60,072 nucleotides of DNA from a virus (Duplodnaviria > Caudoviricetes): IMG/VR virus record IMGVR_UViG_3300045838_000006, positions 1 through 60,072 of that record, one strand, 5' to 3'. The notes under the pieces are model-generated. The model was given only the letters and a program-made list of their open reading frames with translations. It did not search any database and had not been told where the DNA came from. Shown piece after piece: positions 27,084 through 36,820 of this stretch. Both the position numbers and the translations under genes were made by a program. How positions within the stretch are numbered: position 1 is the stretch's first letter; each line of letters opens with the position of its first letter.

Positions 27084-28555
27084 TAGTTCTCGTTGATGAC
27101 GGCGCCACTAATGGCAACCGGGAATTGATCGGTTCCCGATATCTCATAGATGCGATCGAGGCCCGTGTTTGTGCGCGTGCTGCCCATCCTGCGGAACATC
27201 ACCCGCATCGCCGTCTGTCCCGGCTGGCCTACGGCAGCGAGCTTTTCGTTCGACCAGTTATGTCCGCCATCATCTGAAAAACGCATCATCATCTGCGGAC
27301 TTGTTCCATCGGGAACCTGTATGCCCGTCATCATGTCAATTCGCAAGGAATCGAACCGCAGGGGTTTATCGACAGGCTTTGCCGTGGCCCGGAACGTCCT
27401 GAGCCACTTTCTCTGATCCCCGTTGTCCGTGAAGGTGTTCATGTCAAGAGTGTAGATGTTGCCGTTTCGGTAGTCTCCGACATGGGTTTGCCCGAGAAAA
27501 AACGCTGACTGGTTGCCGTAATGCCGATTGAATACCCCATTCGAGAACGCCATTCGCTTGTGCCAGAGGTGTACCCCAAGAATGGCGCTGTCCGTGGCGT
27601 CATACGCCCAAGTGACATTCGCAGAGGGAAAGGCGCAGATGTAGAACTTGTGGCCCTCCATCTCCTGCGTCCACGCTATCGCGTCCGAGACCACGGAATA
27701 GGTGTTGAGTTCCGCTTCGACCGAATGCGTCGAAATGCGGTGATCCTGCGTCCCCTGAAGCATGACGAACGAGCGTCCGCCCTCCCGGTTCTGCGACAAC
27801 CAGAACAGGGATTCCCCGAGTTGTGCAACGGACTTGGGCGAAACGGTCCCTACCTCAAGGTATACCCCATCGCTTCGCCCGAAGATAAAACCCGGCGTCG
27901 CAATGTTTGACCAAAGTTCCGTGTTGAACTGTTTTATGACCCAGACGTACCGTTTGAGCTGCTTCGGCGCGACAATGTTATCAGGATCTCCCCCCGCCTG
28001 GCCGAAGTTGAGAGCATTGAACGTCGTCACGTCGTTGACGTTGCTCTGATAGAAGTTGTTCGATAGCGGCTGGGTAATCAGCACAAAGCCGTCTTGCTGG
28101 GTTGGAACGGTTGAGCAGAACACCGCCAACTGAGCACCGTTGTCCTCGATCCAGTAATTCCCATCCCCCACCGCAGGACCGCCAAGGCCATCCGTTGAGA
28201 ACGGCAGCGTGATCGCGCTCAAAGAGCCCGTGTTCGGACTATAGCTGTAGCCGCGACATGTTTTGTCCGTTCCTCCTACAGAGCCGATCAAATCCACTTG
28301 GTAATCTTGCAGGATACGGTAAAGGCTCCCGCCCGAGACAACCCACAACTGCCCCGTGCGGGGCCAGTAGTGCATCGCCTGAATTGGGCCGTTCCCGGCC
28401 GTCGCCCGTAAGACAAGTCCCGGCGTGTGATAGAGGGTGCCGATCTCCTTGCCCTGCTTCCCGTCAATGAGCGCGGGAAACAGGTTTATGCATTGTGCAT
28501 CGCTGGCGTTCGGAGACCGGGAGACATCAAACCCGCCAAAGATCGGGGCGCGCAT
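27083..28555 (-). CDS. Packaged-DNA stabilization/tail hub protein (P22 gp10-like)
   Basis: INLFP, LYHTPGL, GHKFY..FPSANVTWAYD, FSDDGGHNWSNE. Confidence 0.85.
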   Translation of the reverse strand: MRAPIFGGFDVSRSPNASDAQCINLFPALIDGKQGKEIGTLYHTPGLVLRATAGNGPIQAMHYWPRTGQLWVVSGGSLYRILQDYQVDLIGSVGGTDKTCRGYSYSPNTGSLSAITLPFSTDGLGGPAVGDGNYWIEDNGAQLAVFCSTVPTQQDGFVLITQPLSNNFYQSNVNDVTTFNALNFGQAGGDPDNIVAPKQLKRYVWVIKQFNTELWSNIATPGFIFGRSDGVYLEVGTVSPKSVAQLGESLFWLSQNREGGRSFVMLQGTQDHRISTHSVEAELNTYSVVSDAIAWTQEMEGHKFYICAFPSANVTWAYDATDSAILGVHLWHKRMAFSNGVFNRHYGNQSAFFLGQTHVGDYRNGNIYTLDMNTFTDNGDQRKWLRTFRATAKPVDKPLRFDSLRIDMMTGIQVPDGTSPQMMMRFSDDGGHNWSNEKLAAVGQPGQTAMRVMFRRMGSTRTNTGLDRIYEISGTDQFPVAISGAVINEN

Positions 28556-29283
28556 CAGTACGAACCTTGGCGCCAGTCCCAGGTCTTTTTCGGGGAAGCC
28601 ACAATGGCGGGGTCAAAAAGCGCGACGTTTTGGCGGTAGTTGAGGCGCTTCACTGCCGCCTTCGCTTCGCCCGCACGCTTCACAAGCAGAGGGTCAATCG
28701 GCGCTTGTGTGAAAATCGACTTGATCTGCAACGCCAGATTCAGGGTAATCGCCAGATCGTAACCAGGAGGGAAGGTGACGTTCGTTGCCAGATTGGCGAA
28801 CTGCGTGAACGGTAGATCGCTGTCCCAAAACAAGTTTATGTTTGTGTTTGGAGTCGGGTAGACGTTGATTTTTCCCAATGGGAATTGAGGGTCATAGAAC
28901 ATCTGCAAGACGATATTGCTTGTCACGTCGAGCAGATTGCCGATCAGGTTCCATTGGTCCTGCGGGATGACATCGACCATAAACCGCTGGTTATTCCCCG
29001 GCATCATACAGTAGGCCGCGCCGGGGCCGTACTTCACCCGGTCTGGGCGAGTGAGGTTAAAATCACCTCCAGTTCCGATCGTGTAGCTGTTTTTGTTCGC
29101 AACCAAGGCCCCGGTCTGCTCGGTCAGGGCAAAGACTGTCAGCGATTCGGTGCTCCATGTGTCGAGCATCTGATTAAGACGACGCAGGCATTGCTCAGAA
29201 TCGGCATCGCTCATCGTCTCGCCCGGCGCATAAACGCCGAGTTCGATGATAGCGTCGTTGATATATTGCTGAGCAGAGGGCAC
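28555..29283 (-). CDS. Head-tail adaptor (P22 gp4-like)
   Basis: I..AIIELGVYAPGE..LNQMLDTW..PPGYDLAITLNLA. Confidence 0.75.
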   Translation of the reverse strand: MPSAQQYINDAIIELGVYAPGETMSDADSEQCLRRLNQMLDTWSTESLTVFALTEQTGALVANKNSYTIGTGGDFNLTRPDRVKYGPGAAYCMMPGNNQRFMVDVIPQDQWNLIGNLLDVTSNIVLQMFYDPQFPLGKINVYPTPNTNINLFWDSDLPFTQFANLATNVTFPPGYDLAITLNLALQIKSIFTQAPIDPLLVKRAGEAKAAVKRLNYRQNVALFDPAIVASPKKTWDWRQGSY

Positions 29284-30144
29284 TTATGCAGCCTTCGCGC
29301 TCTCAAGCGCGGCGCGAAGCCTCTTTTCACCCCAGCGTTTGTCGTAGGAGATGCCAGCCTCGGCGAGTTGAGAACGAAGGCGCTCGACCTCGCTAGGCGC
29401 CTCCGCAACAACGCGGTGCGGGGCACCATTAAGCGTCACTACCTCGCCCACATTCGGAAGCTGACCCGCCTTCCACGCGCGAAACGCCGCCAGCTCGTCC
29501 GCGTCAATCTGCGGTTCGGGCGCTTGCTCCGGTTCCTCCGGCGCATTGGGATCAACCCATTTCTCACCCATAACGCGCTCGAATTCTGCCGCGTCATTGA
29601 CGATCTGCGCCTTTGCGGCCCCCGGAGCTTTGACCCACATTGGAAAAGGCTGCGGGATCTTGTCCTCCAACAGAGAGCCGTTATCTAGGAGCGTTCCCCG
29701 TTCCGCCTTGTCGAAGGCGTCCGGATCGGTCTCGCCAATGCGGCGATACCCCTCAGTGCGCAGCGCTTCTTCTTCATGAGGACTGTTGGCAACCTTGGGG
29801 GGGTATTGTTCCGGTTCGGTCACAATGAGAATGTTTGTCCCAATCTTGACGCCACTCGGGGCAGTCATCTCCTGCCCATACACCGCATCCTTATGTTTCG
29901 GATGATACAGCATAACGGGATATTCGCGGTAATTGGTATCCGGGTTCGGCATTGCTTCGGTGGCTCCGATATAACCTTGTGATCTGTAATACTCTTCCTG
30001 AGATTCGTTGTTTACCATTACCGGGGGACGAAGAGGCGGTTGCCCTTGTGTAGGATCAAACGCCATACCGGGAAGGGCTTGCCCAATGGACACCGTAGCA
30101 GCGCGGTGCTGTGGGTGACGCATTGCGAACGGATAAGTCGTCAT
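29284..30144 (-). CDS. Hypothetical late protein with internal repeats
   Basis: Repeated YP..HP.H..PP..N...EE...GY units; C-terminal helical GISYDKRWGEKRL module. Confidence 0.7.
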   Translation of the reverse strand: MTTYPFAMRHPQHRAATVSIGQALPGMAFDPTQGQPPLRPPVMVNNESQEEYYRSQGYIGATEAMPNPDTNYREYPVMLYHPKHKDAVYGQEMTAPSGVKIGTNILIVTEPEQYPPKVANSPHEEEALRTEGYRRIGETDPDAFDKAERGTLLDNGSLLEDKIPQPFPMWVKAPGAAKAQIVNDAAEFERVMGEKWVDPNAPEEPEQAPEPQIDADELAAFRAWKAGQLPNVGEVVTLNGAPHRVVAEAPSEVERLRSQLAEAGISYDKRWGEKRLRAALESAKAA

Positions 30145-30986
30145 GCCGCCGCTCCCAGCAGTCGATCAACCGCCATGCGAGACTTGGGCATCTTCGCCGC
30201 GATCTCTTCCGCGCAACTCACCCCGTAGACTCCCTTCCATGTCTTGCCGCCCTGATGGGTCAACGGAATGGATGGGTCAACCCAAATCTCGGCACCCAAT
30301 TCCATTCTCACCCGATCGCAGAAATGAATATCCTCGCCGCGCCAGTCCCGCATTTCGTGCTGACGGCCAAACGGATCGGTCCAGATCGGGGGAGGGTTGA
30401 TCTTGGCCTTGAAGGAGCCCGCCGCGAAAATGTCGTACTGCCACTCGATACCCCCAAACAAATCCACCTGTTCAGGGAACACATCGGATCTGGCGCTCAG
30501 CTCCATCATCACCCAGCGCTTGATCCGCATAAATCCGGTCGGCCCCCAATTCGCCTGCAAATACCCACGTTGCTCGATATAGTGACCGTCTTTTTCGGTG
30601 AGGTTCACCGGCCATTTCAAATGCCCTGCATCATCTGTTTTCAACGGGTAGAGCCCACACACAACGGGCTCGGGGCGCTGGAGAAATTCAAGGATTTTCT
30701 GAGACGGCCAGTTTCCTACATCGTCATCAAGAAAGAACAGGTTATTAGCTCGGGTATTGTTGATAAACTGCGTCGCCCCCCGGTTCCGCGCCTTATCGAC
30801 AAACGCATCCCCCCTCAACGTGTTGAACATGAAGGGGATGCCGCTGTCCTTTAAGAGACCATAGGTTTCCGTGTAGGCGATGTGAAACGCCATGTCGGGC
30901 GTTCCGCTTTTCGATGGCACGCAGAACATGACCGACAGCGGGTGCGCCGCCATTTGCGCAAACGCTATGTCGTTCTGGTCCGTCAT
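30141..30986 (-). CDS. GT-A fold glycosyltransferase-like protein
   Basis: ARNR, LFFLDDD, GLYPLK, PTGFMRIKR, GEDIHFC..IWVDP..LTHQG. Confidence 0.8.
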   Translation of the reverse strand: MTDQNDIAFAQMAAHPLSVMFCVPSKSGTPDMAFHIAYTETYGLLKDSGIPFMFNTLRGDAFVDKARNRGATQFINNTRANNLFFLDDDVGNWPSQKILEFLQRPEPVVCGLYPLKTDDAGHLKWPVNLTEKDGHYIEQRGYLQANWGPTGFMRIKRWVMMELSARSDVFPEQVDLFGGIEWQYDIFAAGSFKAKINPPPIWTDPFGRQHEMRDWRGEDIHFCDRVRMELGAEIWVDPSIPLTHQGGKTWKGVYGVSCAEEIAAKMPKSRMAVDRLLGAAA

Positions 30987-31255
30987 ATCTTCTTATACTT
31001 AGGCTTTGGCGGAAACGCGATTTTCGACATTTCGTTCGCAACATACTCCGCGTAAGTCATAATAGCATAGGCCGCGATCTCTCTGGCTAATCGGCCGCGC
31101 TCTTCTGATACCGGCGTTGAATCAAACCCGTGATCTGACAGAAACTGGATCAGCATTCCCTCTGCCGCCATTGCGGCATGGTCGATTGCTACCATTGGTG
31201 TCCATTCAAGCCTTTCGGCCTTGCCTTCGCTGAACTTCCAAATGTGAGTTACCAT
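30983..31255 (-). CDS. Hypothetical protein
   Basis: Coupled ORF. Confidence 0.6.
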   Translation of the reverse strand: MVTHIWKFSEGKAERLEWTPMVAIDHAAMAAEGMLIQFLSDHGFDSTPVSEERGRLAREIAAYAIMTYAEYVANEMSKIAFPPKPKYKKI

Positions 31256-32163
31256 GTCGAAGGCGTCACCAAGACAGGCATGTGCTCTGTTTCCCCAGCC
31301 TTCTCCACCGCCGGGAAAATCGCCTGAGCGTGCTTGATGGCCCTGTCCTTGGCCCTCTGATACCGCTCAGGGACATCTCCCACCGTCCCCATGCCGGCAA
31401 ACCCTAGGCGGACATTATCGTTGATGCAGACCGAATGATGCTCGACGAGCTTGGCGTTGCGCTTCAACAGATCCTTGCGCCACTGCGGTTCGTCCATCGC
31501 GTCGATGATCTTGAACGCCAATTCTCTCCGCTCGAGAACACACACATCAAAGAATGTCGCCCAGACCTCGGGCTCTCTCATGCCCTGTGTCCAGGGCTGG
31601 CCGTTTACCGATTGTCGTTTGGACGTGTCGATTCTCACATCCGCGAACGAAATCCGGTCAATGAGTCTCGCGATGTCATCAAGCCAATGGTCAACAAACC
31701 AATAGGGAAAATACGGAGGATAGAGATACCCCATCAGATCGGTAAGTTTCCGGGTGACGGCGTTGATCCCCGGAAATGACAGATTGGCCCACCAATTGTA
31801 AACCACCCCGATCCCATCGGGGAAAACTTTCGCAGCCTCCAAAATCTTCTGATCAAACCCGTGCGTGATCTGAGGAGCGTAATCGACCATGACGAGATAC
31901 ACGTCCGCATCCGGGTACAGCTTCAGGACGCGGTTGTACTTCTCGCCTAGCGTATCTTCGCGAGGCTCAATCGACACCTCCACCCCGACATCCCGCACGA
32001 TATAGTGCGATCTCAGCGCCTCAATCGTCGCCTCATCGTCATCATCGACCGAGACAACGAATTTGGTGTCGAGACTGGTGATATTGCCCAAGGTGCGTTC
32101 GATGGTCTCTCGAACGATCTCGGGACGGCCACGCGTGGCGAGGTTTATCGCGAGGGTTCGCAT
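31249..32163 (-). CDS. Glycosyltransferase family 2-like protein
   Basis: ATRGRP, VSVDDDD, KYN, GYLYPPYFPYWFVD. Confidence 0.8.
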   Translation of the reverse strand: MRTLAINLATRGRPEIVRETIERTLGNITSLDTKFVVSVDDDDEATIEALRSHYIVRDVGVEVSIEPREDTLGEKYNRVLKLYPDADVYLVMVDYAPQITHGFDQKILEAAKVFPDGIGVVYNWWANLSFPGINAVTRKLTDLMGYLYPPYFPYWFVDHWLDDIARLIDRISFADVRIDTSKRQSVNGQPWTQGMREPEVWATFFDVCVLERRELAFKIIDAMDEPQWRKDLLKRNAKLVEHHSVCINDNVRLGFAGMGTVGDVPERYQRAKDRAIKHAQAIFPAVEKAGETEHMPVLVTPSTW

Positions 32164-32393
32164 CAAGCGATTTCCGTCCTGCCGCGTTCCCAAAATGCTT
32201 GTCGGACCTGATCGCGTTCCTTGCGGGCTTCCGCTAGTTTACCGAATAAAAACAGGAAATCATCTTGGATATCCCGCTGCCACGCCACCTGACAGTTCAT
32301 ATAGGCCACAGCGGTCCATAACGCCGCCTCTCGCTCATCGGCGGCCTTGAAACCATCGTACATGAAAGAGGTCTCCGTCACGAGGGATGTCAT
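32163..32393 (-). CDS. Hypothetical protein
   Basis: Coupled ORF. Confidence 0.5.
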   Translation of the reverse strand: MTSLVTETSFMYDGFKAADEREAALWTAVAYMNCQVAWQRDIQDDFLFLFGKLAEARKERDQVRQAFWERGRTEIA

Positions 32394-32542
32394 ACTGCCA
32401 ACTTATAGTGAAGTTAGATGACAAAAACAACGCCCGGCACGAGGCCGGGCGCTGTACCACGCAGATGGGCGAGTCCGCATGGGAAGGTGAAGGCTCCCCC
32501 GAGACCTTCACCAATCGGGGCGTCTCACGACGGCCCGAACTG

Positions 32543-33931
32543 TTATGCGCCAGCGATCAGACCGAGGCTGACCAGTGCCGCGCGCTTCGCCGCAACGAGG
32601 GTTGCCATCTGCTGCAAGGCAACCATGCCCGGCTGCACCCACGACGTGCTGCGATCCGGGATCGGAAGCTGGAAGCAACCGACCGTGTAAACCTCCGAGG
32701 GAGGCGTAATCGAAGACGTCGTGATGTTGGCGAAGTTGATCGCAATCTGGTTCGATGCCGAGGCACGGACGCCCGCAATACCCAAACCGTTCGTCCAAGA
32801 GGGCTTGTTGACCCACACCGGAGTTCCCGACAGAACACCCGTCACGGTGAAGGACTGCTCTGCCGTCGTCTGCGAAGCTACGGCAGACGGGGTCAGCGTG
32901 GCTTGGTACAGAACCAGCGGAGCCACCGGAGCGGGGCGGTAGATCGTCACACCATAGACCTCGTTTGCCGTGGGCGTCGCCGATTGGCCCGCCGCGACAA
33001 AGGTAATCGCCAGCGAGTTCAGGCCCGAGACGCGATAGCCGACAATGCCGAGATTGGCTTGCTGCGTCGGCTTGGTGATGCCCTCGACGATATCGCTCGT
33101 CGTAATGCCCGTCAGCGTGAAGCTCTGCTCGCCCGTTGCCGAGGATGACGAGAACCCCACTGCTGCTGGAGATGCGCCGTTCGCCATCTGAGCAACCATC
33201 TTGTTGCTCACCGCGTCAACGCCCGACAGGCTGATGACGGTGTAGCCCTCAGAAGCGGTCGGAGTAACCGACACGCCCGAGATGTTCGCGAAAGTGATGC
33301 CGAGCGTGTTGTTCGCCACGGCGCGACAGCCGACGATATCCAGTCCCGCCTGAACCGTGGGCTTTTGCACCTGGACCAGTTCGCCCGCGCGAATGCCCGT
33401 CACGGTGAACTGCTGTTCCACAACAGACTGAGACAACATGACGGAGGGGGACAGCGTGGCGACGAACTGGCCCATGTTGCGCATTGCAACCACCGCGTAG
33501 GACTGCGCGGCAGTCGGGGTGATCGTCGCACCCGAGCCTTGCGTCCAGTTGGCAAACGCCACGCCGATGCTGTTCTGGCCCGTGACGCGCACGTTGCCCA
33601 TACCCAAGCCGGCCTGAGCCGTGGGCTTGTTGACAAAGAGCGCATCGCCCGGCGCGGGAACAAAGATCGCCGTGGACGGCGTAACCGTCATCGTCGATTC
33701 CGTCACCGTCGCGGTGTTCATCGCGGTCGGAGACTGCGTGGAAGCCGCGGTGAAGATAGACCCGCCGATGTTTCCCCTGGTCAACGCCGCCTGAGCGTTA
33801 CCCGAAGGCTGCACGATCGGCGGGTTCCCGTAGAAGCCGATCGGATCGGACGAGCTGTTGCTGTAGCTCTGACCGGCCGGATCACCGTTCGAGTGCTTCG
33901 TCGGACCCGGCGTCAGTGTCGAGAGAGGCAT
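32543..33931 (-). CDS. Putative capsid decoration protein with four tandem domains
   Basis: Four repeats of EQxFTxTG..KPT.QAGLGI.G.R...N..AI.FAN..TPT. Confidence 0.65.
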   Translation of the reverse strand: MPLSTLTPGPTKHSNGDPAGQSYSNSSSDPIGFYGNPPIVQPSGNAQAALTRGNIGGSIFTAASTQSPTAMNTATVTESTMTVTPSTAIFVPAPGDALFVNKPTAQAGLGMGNVRVTGQNSIGVAFANWTQGSGATITPTAAQSYAVVAMRNMGQFVATLSPSVMLSQSVVEQQFTVTGIRAGELVQVQKPTVQAGLDIVGCRAVANNTLGITFANISGVSVTPTASEGYTVISLSGVDAVSNKMVAQMANGASPAAVGFSSSSATGEQSFTLTGITTSDIVEGITKPTQQANLGIVGYRVSGLNSLAITFVAAGQSATPTANEVYGVTIYRPAPVAPLVLYQATLTPSAVASQTTAEQSFTVTGVLSGTPVWVNKPSWTNGLGIAGVRASASNQIAINFANITTSSITPPSEVYTVGCFQLPIPDRSTSWVQPGMVALQQMATLVAAKRAALVSLGLIAGA

Positions 33932-33944
33932 TCCTTACACTCCT

Positions 33945-34280
33945 TTACGCGGCCTGATAGATCCCGCGCGTATTGCCGGGCTTGACCTGTTGGATCTCTG
34001 GGTCGGTCCAACCGTTCCCCTTGCCTTCCAAATTCGCCTTGTTGATCGTGTAGACAAAGAATTCACACAACTCTTTCGGCCCCTTCGGGAAAACCGGTAT
34101 GAGCCGCTTGCGCTCGTCCTTCACATACACTTGATATAACCGCTCACTGACCGGCGTAGATTCGATCGGGCGAGGCGCTTTCGGCATCCGCTGGCCCCAC
34201 GGATTGAGGGGCCGAAAGTCGGGCATCCCCGCAGGGTTGCCGCCTTCAACTCGAATGCTGGGCTTGAGACGTTCTGTCAT
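33945..34280 (-). CDS. Hypothetical protein
   Basis: ORF directly after the coat gene. Confidence 0.65.
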   Translation of the reverse strand: MTERLKPSIRVEGGNPAGMPDFRPLNPWGQRMPKAPRPIESTPVSERLYQVYVKDERKRLIPVFPKGPKELCEFFVYTINKANLEGKGNGWTDPEIQQVKPGNTRGIYQAA

Positions 34281-34283
34281 CGG

Positions 34284-35468
34284 TTAGCCCGTCAGACGAA
34301 CGCTCAGCTCGGGGTAATAGCAGGCGGTGCCCCAGAGCACATCCAACCGGCACGGGATTGTGTAGTTCGTGACATCAAAGGCGCGCACGATCGCCATACT
34401 GATGTTGCGGTATGTCTCGCGGGCCGCGAAATCGACACCCTGCGGCAATTCGAGAGGCACGGTGACCAGACCGAAGGCATCGCGGACAAAGCCGAGGTTC
34501 TGCGGTAGGACAGCGTTCGCCGCGCCACGAACCGAAATCGACGCGAGGTTGGCCGGCGAGCCGGTGACGGTCTGGTAAGCGCCAGAAGTCGTGATTGCCG
34601 GATAGATCGGGATCGTAGCGTTGCCCGAGGCGTCCGAATTGACCTGAGCCGTCACGACGAAATTCGCCAGCACGTTGGTTGACTGGCGGGACATCGGATT
34701 CACGTTGTTCACGCCGGCCACGGTGAACACATCGCCGACGTTCAACAGGCCCGTGACACTCGGCGTCCAGCCGTTCGTGACGAGGTTGGAGCCGGTCTGG
34801 TTCGCGCCGTTGACCACCGGAGTCCCCGAATAGTTGCCCACCGTCTTGTTGGGCACGTTCGGGTCCATGTAGATTTCCATGTTCGCGATGGCCGCGAGGA
34901 AACCCTTCAAGGCGGGTTCCGCAACCGAGCGGACATAGAGCTGGGAGAGCGCGGTCGCCATCGACCAGTTCGCGGCGGGACCGAGAACAAGAACGCGACC
35001 ATCCTGAGGGACGGCCATCTCGTCCATCCTCTGCCCCACGGAGGCGAGGAACGAGAAGTTGTTCGGGGTGGTGCCCGGCGTGCCAACTTCGTTGAACACG
35101 GACGACCAGTTGGCGGCAACGCCACGGTCGATATCGTCCGCGAGAACGGCGGCGGCGGGCTTCAGATACCGATCCGAGAACTCCTCGATAACCAGCGTGA
35201 GTTCCTGTTGCGAGAACAGGAAATCGACGTGACGCTGATTCGAGATCGTGATCGAGGTCGTCGGCTCGGTGATGTTCTGAATCGACAAGCCCGGCCCGTT
35301 GGTGACGGTGAACTTGTTCGGCTTGCGGATCGTCAGCGTGTTGCCGATCTTGGCAAACTGATTCTCAAACTGACGGTTGACCTTCGCCGCGAAAACCAGG
35401 TTGTTTTCGAGGATAACCAACGTCTCCTTGGTCAGGATCGTCGGTGTCAGAAGCGAGTTGCTTGGCAC
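34284..35468 (-). CDS. Major capsid protein (P22 coat family)
   Basis: GTG start; NSLLTPTILTKE..KIGNTLTIRKP..GDVFTVAGV..RDAFGLVTVPLELP..RLDVLWG. Confidence 0.92.
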   Translation of the reverse strand: MPSNSLLTPTILTKETLVILENNLVFAAKVNRQFENQFAKIGNTLTIRKPNKFTVTNGPGLSIQNITEPTTSITISNQRHVDFLFSQQELTLVIEEFSDRYLKPAAAVLADDIDRGVAANWSSVFNEVGTPGTTPNNFSFLASVGQRMDEMAVPQDGRVLVLGPAANWSMATALSQLYVRSVAEPALKGFLAAIANMEIYMDPNVPNKTVGNYSGTPVVNGANQTGSNLVTNGWTPSVTGLLNVGDVFTVAGVNNVNPMSRQSTNVLANFVVTAQVNSDASGNATIPIYPAITTSGAYQTVTGSPANLASISVRGAANAVLPQNLGFVRDAFGLVTVPLELPQGVDFAARETYRNISMAIVRAFDVTNYTIPCRLDVLWGTACYYPELSVRLTG

Positions 35469-35734
35469 TTGTCGGCTCCGCACGCAGAGGCATTGAGAGC
35501 GCGCGATAAGCTCGCGCCTGCCTGCGTACGTCGCCACGACGCTCGATCCGTTACCCGATCGAGCCCTCGGCTATAATCCGGCCGATGCGGCGCCTGTTTA
35601 ACGTCAGAGGCTCGACGTGCGTACGTCGCCACGATACCCGATTTTCACCGGGCTACCTGCTTTGCCCCGCAGTAAGGGTTAAGACATGCGGCTACACTAA
35701 GTGAAGTTTGGCGTCAAGTGCTTTTGTCACCAAT

Positions 35735-36814
35735 TTAGTTGGCCCGTGTCCCGACAGGACCGAGCGTGCTGACTCGGCTGCGCTGCGCCTTAATCTCCGC
35801 CTCTCGGATCGCGTAATAATCATTCTCGCCCGACTCGTTGCCGAGGCTGTATTTGTCTGGTGTCGTTGCAGCGGCTCTTGTGCCGACCGGCTTGATCGGT
35901 TCCGGCAGTTTGGGAGGAGTGACGCGGGGCGTTGTTGCTTGCGCTTCGATCTTCGCCTCGAATTTTCCAAATTCGCGCGCCAGCAAAAGACCCTGAGTTT
36001 CGGGATTAAACGTCGAGAGACGCTTCGCGTCCTCGGGGTGCTTGTGCAGCTGGTACAATAATTCGGGACCGTTTTCGTGATCGAGCACTAGAAGCCCCAC
36101 AGCGGGACTAATCAGCCCTGACCGCTCCGGCGCGGAAACAACCTCATTCCAGTCGGAATGAGCCTCGGTCGCCTTCTGTGCGCCCGCATTCCAGCGCTCT
36201 ATGATGGCCTGCTGCTGCTGTTCAACGCTCTGAGGTTGGTTCTGAGGCTGTGGCGTCTCTGTCGGCTTTGCGGCGCGCTCGTGCTCTGCCCTAGTCGCGA
36301 GTTTGGCGTCCATGCGGCGATCCAAAGCCCTGTCCTGCCATGCGTCGATCGCCGCATCGTAAAGGTCAGGATTATCAAATTGAGAGCGTAGCGGCTTAGG
36401 GTCGGCGGCTTCTTGTTCTGCCAGGACTTGCTCAGGGGTCTTTGGCGGCGGGGGCTCGGCGAGCTTTTTCAGAGTAGGCAGCAATTCATCAAGTTGCGCC
36501 GCGAGTTTGTCCGCTCTCTGTGTCGCGAGCTGCGCCGCCTGTACCGCTTCGTTGCGTTCTCTTGTTAGATCGGCGAACCGCTTTTTGATTGGCGGTTCTG
36601 TGCTAGTAGCCGGCTTCGCCTCACCTTCCGCGCCAGCCTCGCTCTCAGCACCTTCGGTGACAGGCGTTTCGGCTGCTGCCTCGCCCCCGTCTTGTGTTTG
36701 TGTCGCGGCATTATCAGGGCTCGGTGACGGTTGCTCGATGACCGGCATATCGGACGTTGCCGACAAAGCCGGACGGGTTTGCGTTAGAATATCAGGCTGG
36801 TTCAAATCGCTCAT
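35735..36814 (-). CDS. Scaffolding protein
   Basis: Between portal and coat; KRFADLT, ENGPELLYQL, PEPIKPV. Confidence 0.8.
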   Translation of the reverse strand: MSDLNQPDILTQTRPALSATSDMPVIEQPSPSPDNAATQTQDGGEAAAETPVTEGAESEAGAEGEAKPATSTEPPIKKRFADLTRERNEAVQAAQLATQRADKLAAQLDELLPTLKKLAEPPPPKTPEQVLAEQEAADPKPLRSQFDNPDLYDAAIDAWQDRALDRRMDAKLATRAEHERAAKPTETPQPQNQPQSVEQQQQAIIERWNAGAQKATEAHSDWNEVVSAPERSGLISPAVGLLVLDHENGPELLYQLHKHPEDAKRLSTFNPETQGLLLAREFGKFEAKIEAQATTPRVTPPKLPEPIKPVGTRAAATTPDKYSLGNESGENDYYAIREAEIKAQRSRVSTLGPVGTRAN

Positions 36815-36820
36815 GTGCTA

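Noticed and set aside
35469-35537. Extended N-terminus of the coat protein
   Set aside because: The P22-coat-like sequence starts at GTG 35468, which has an upstream GGAG; the extension lies in the structured leader.
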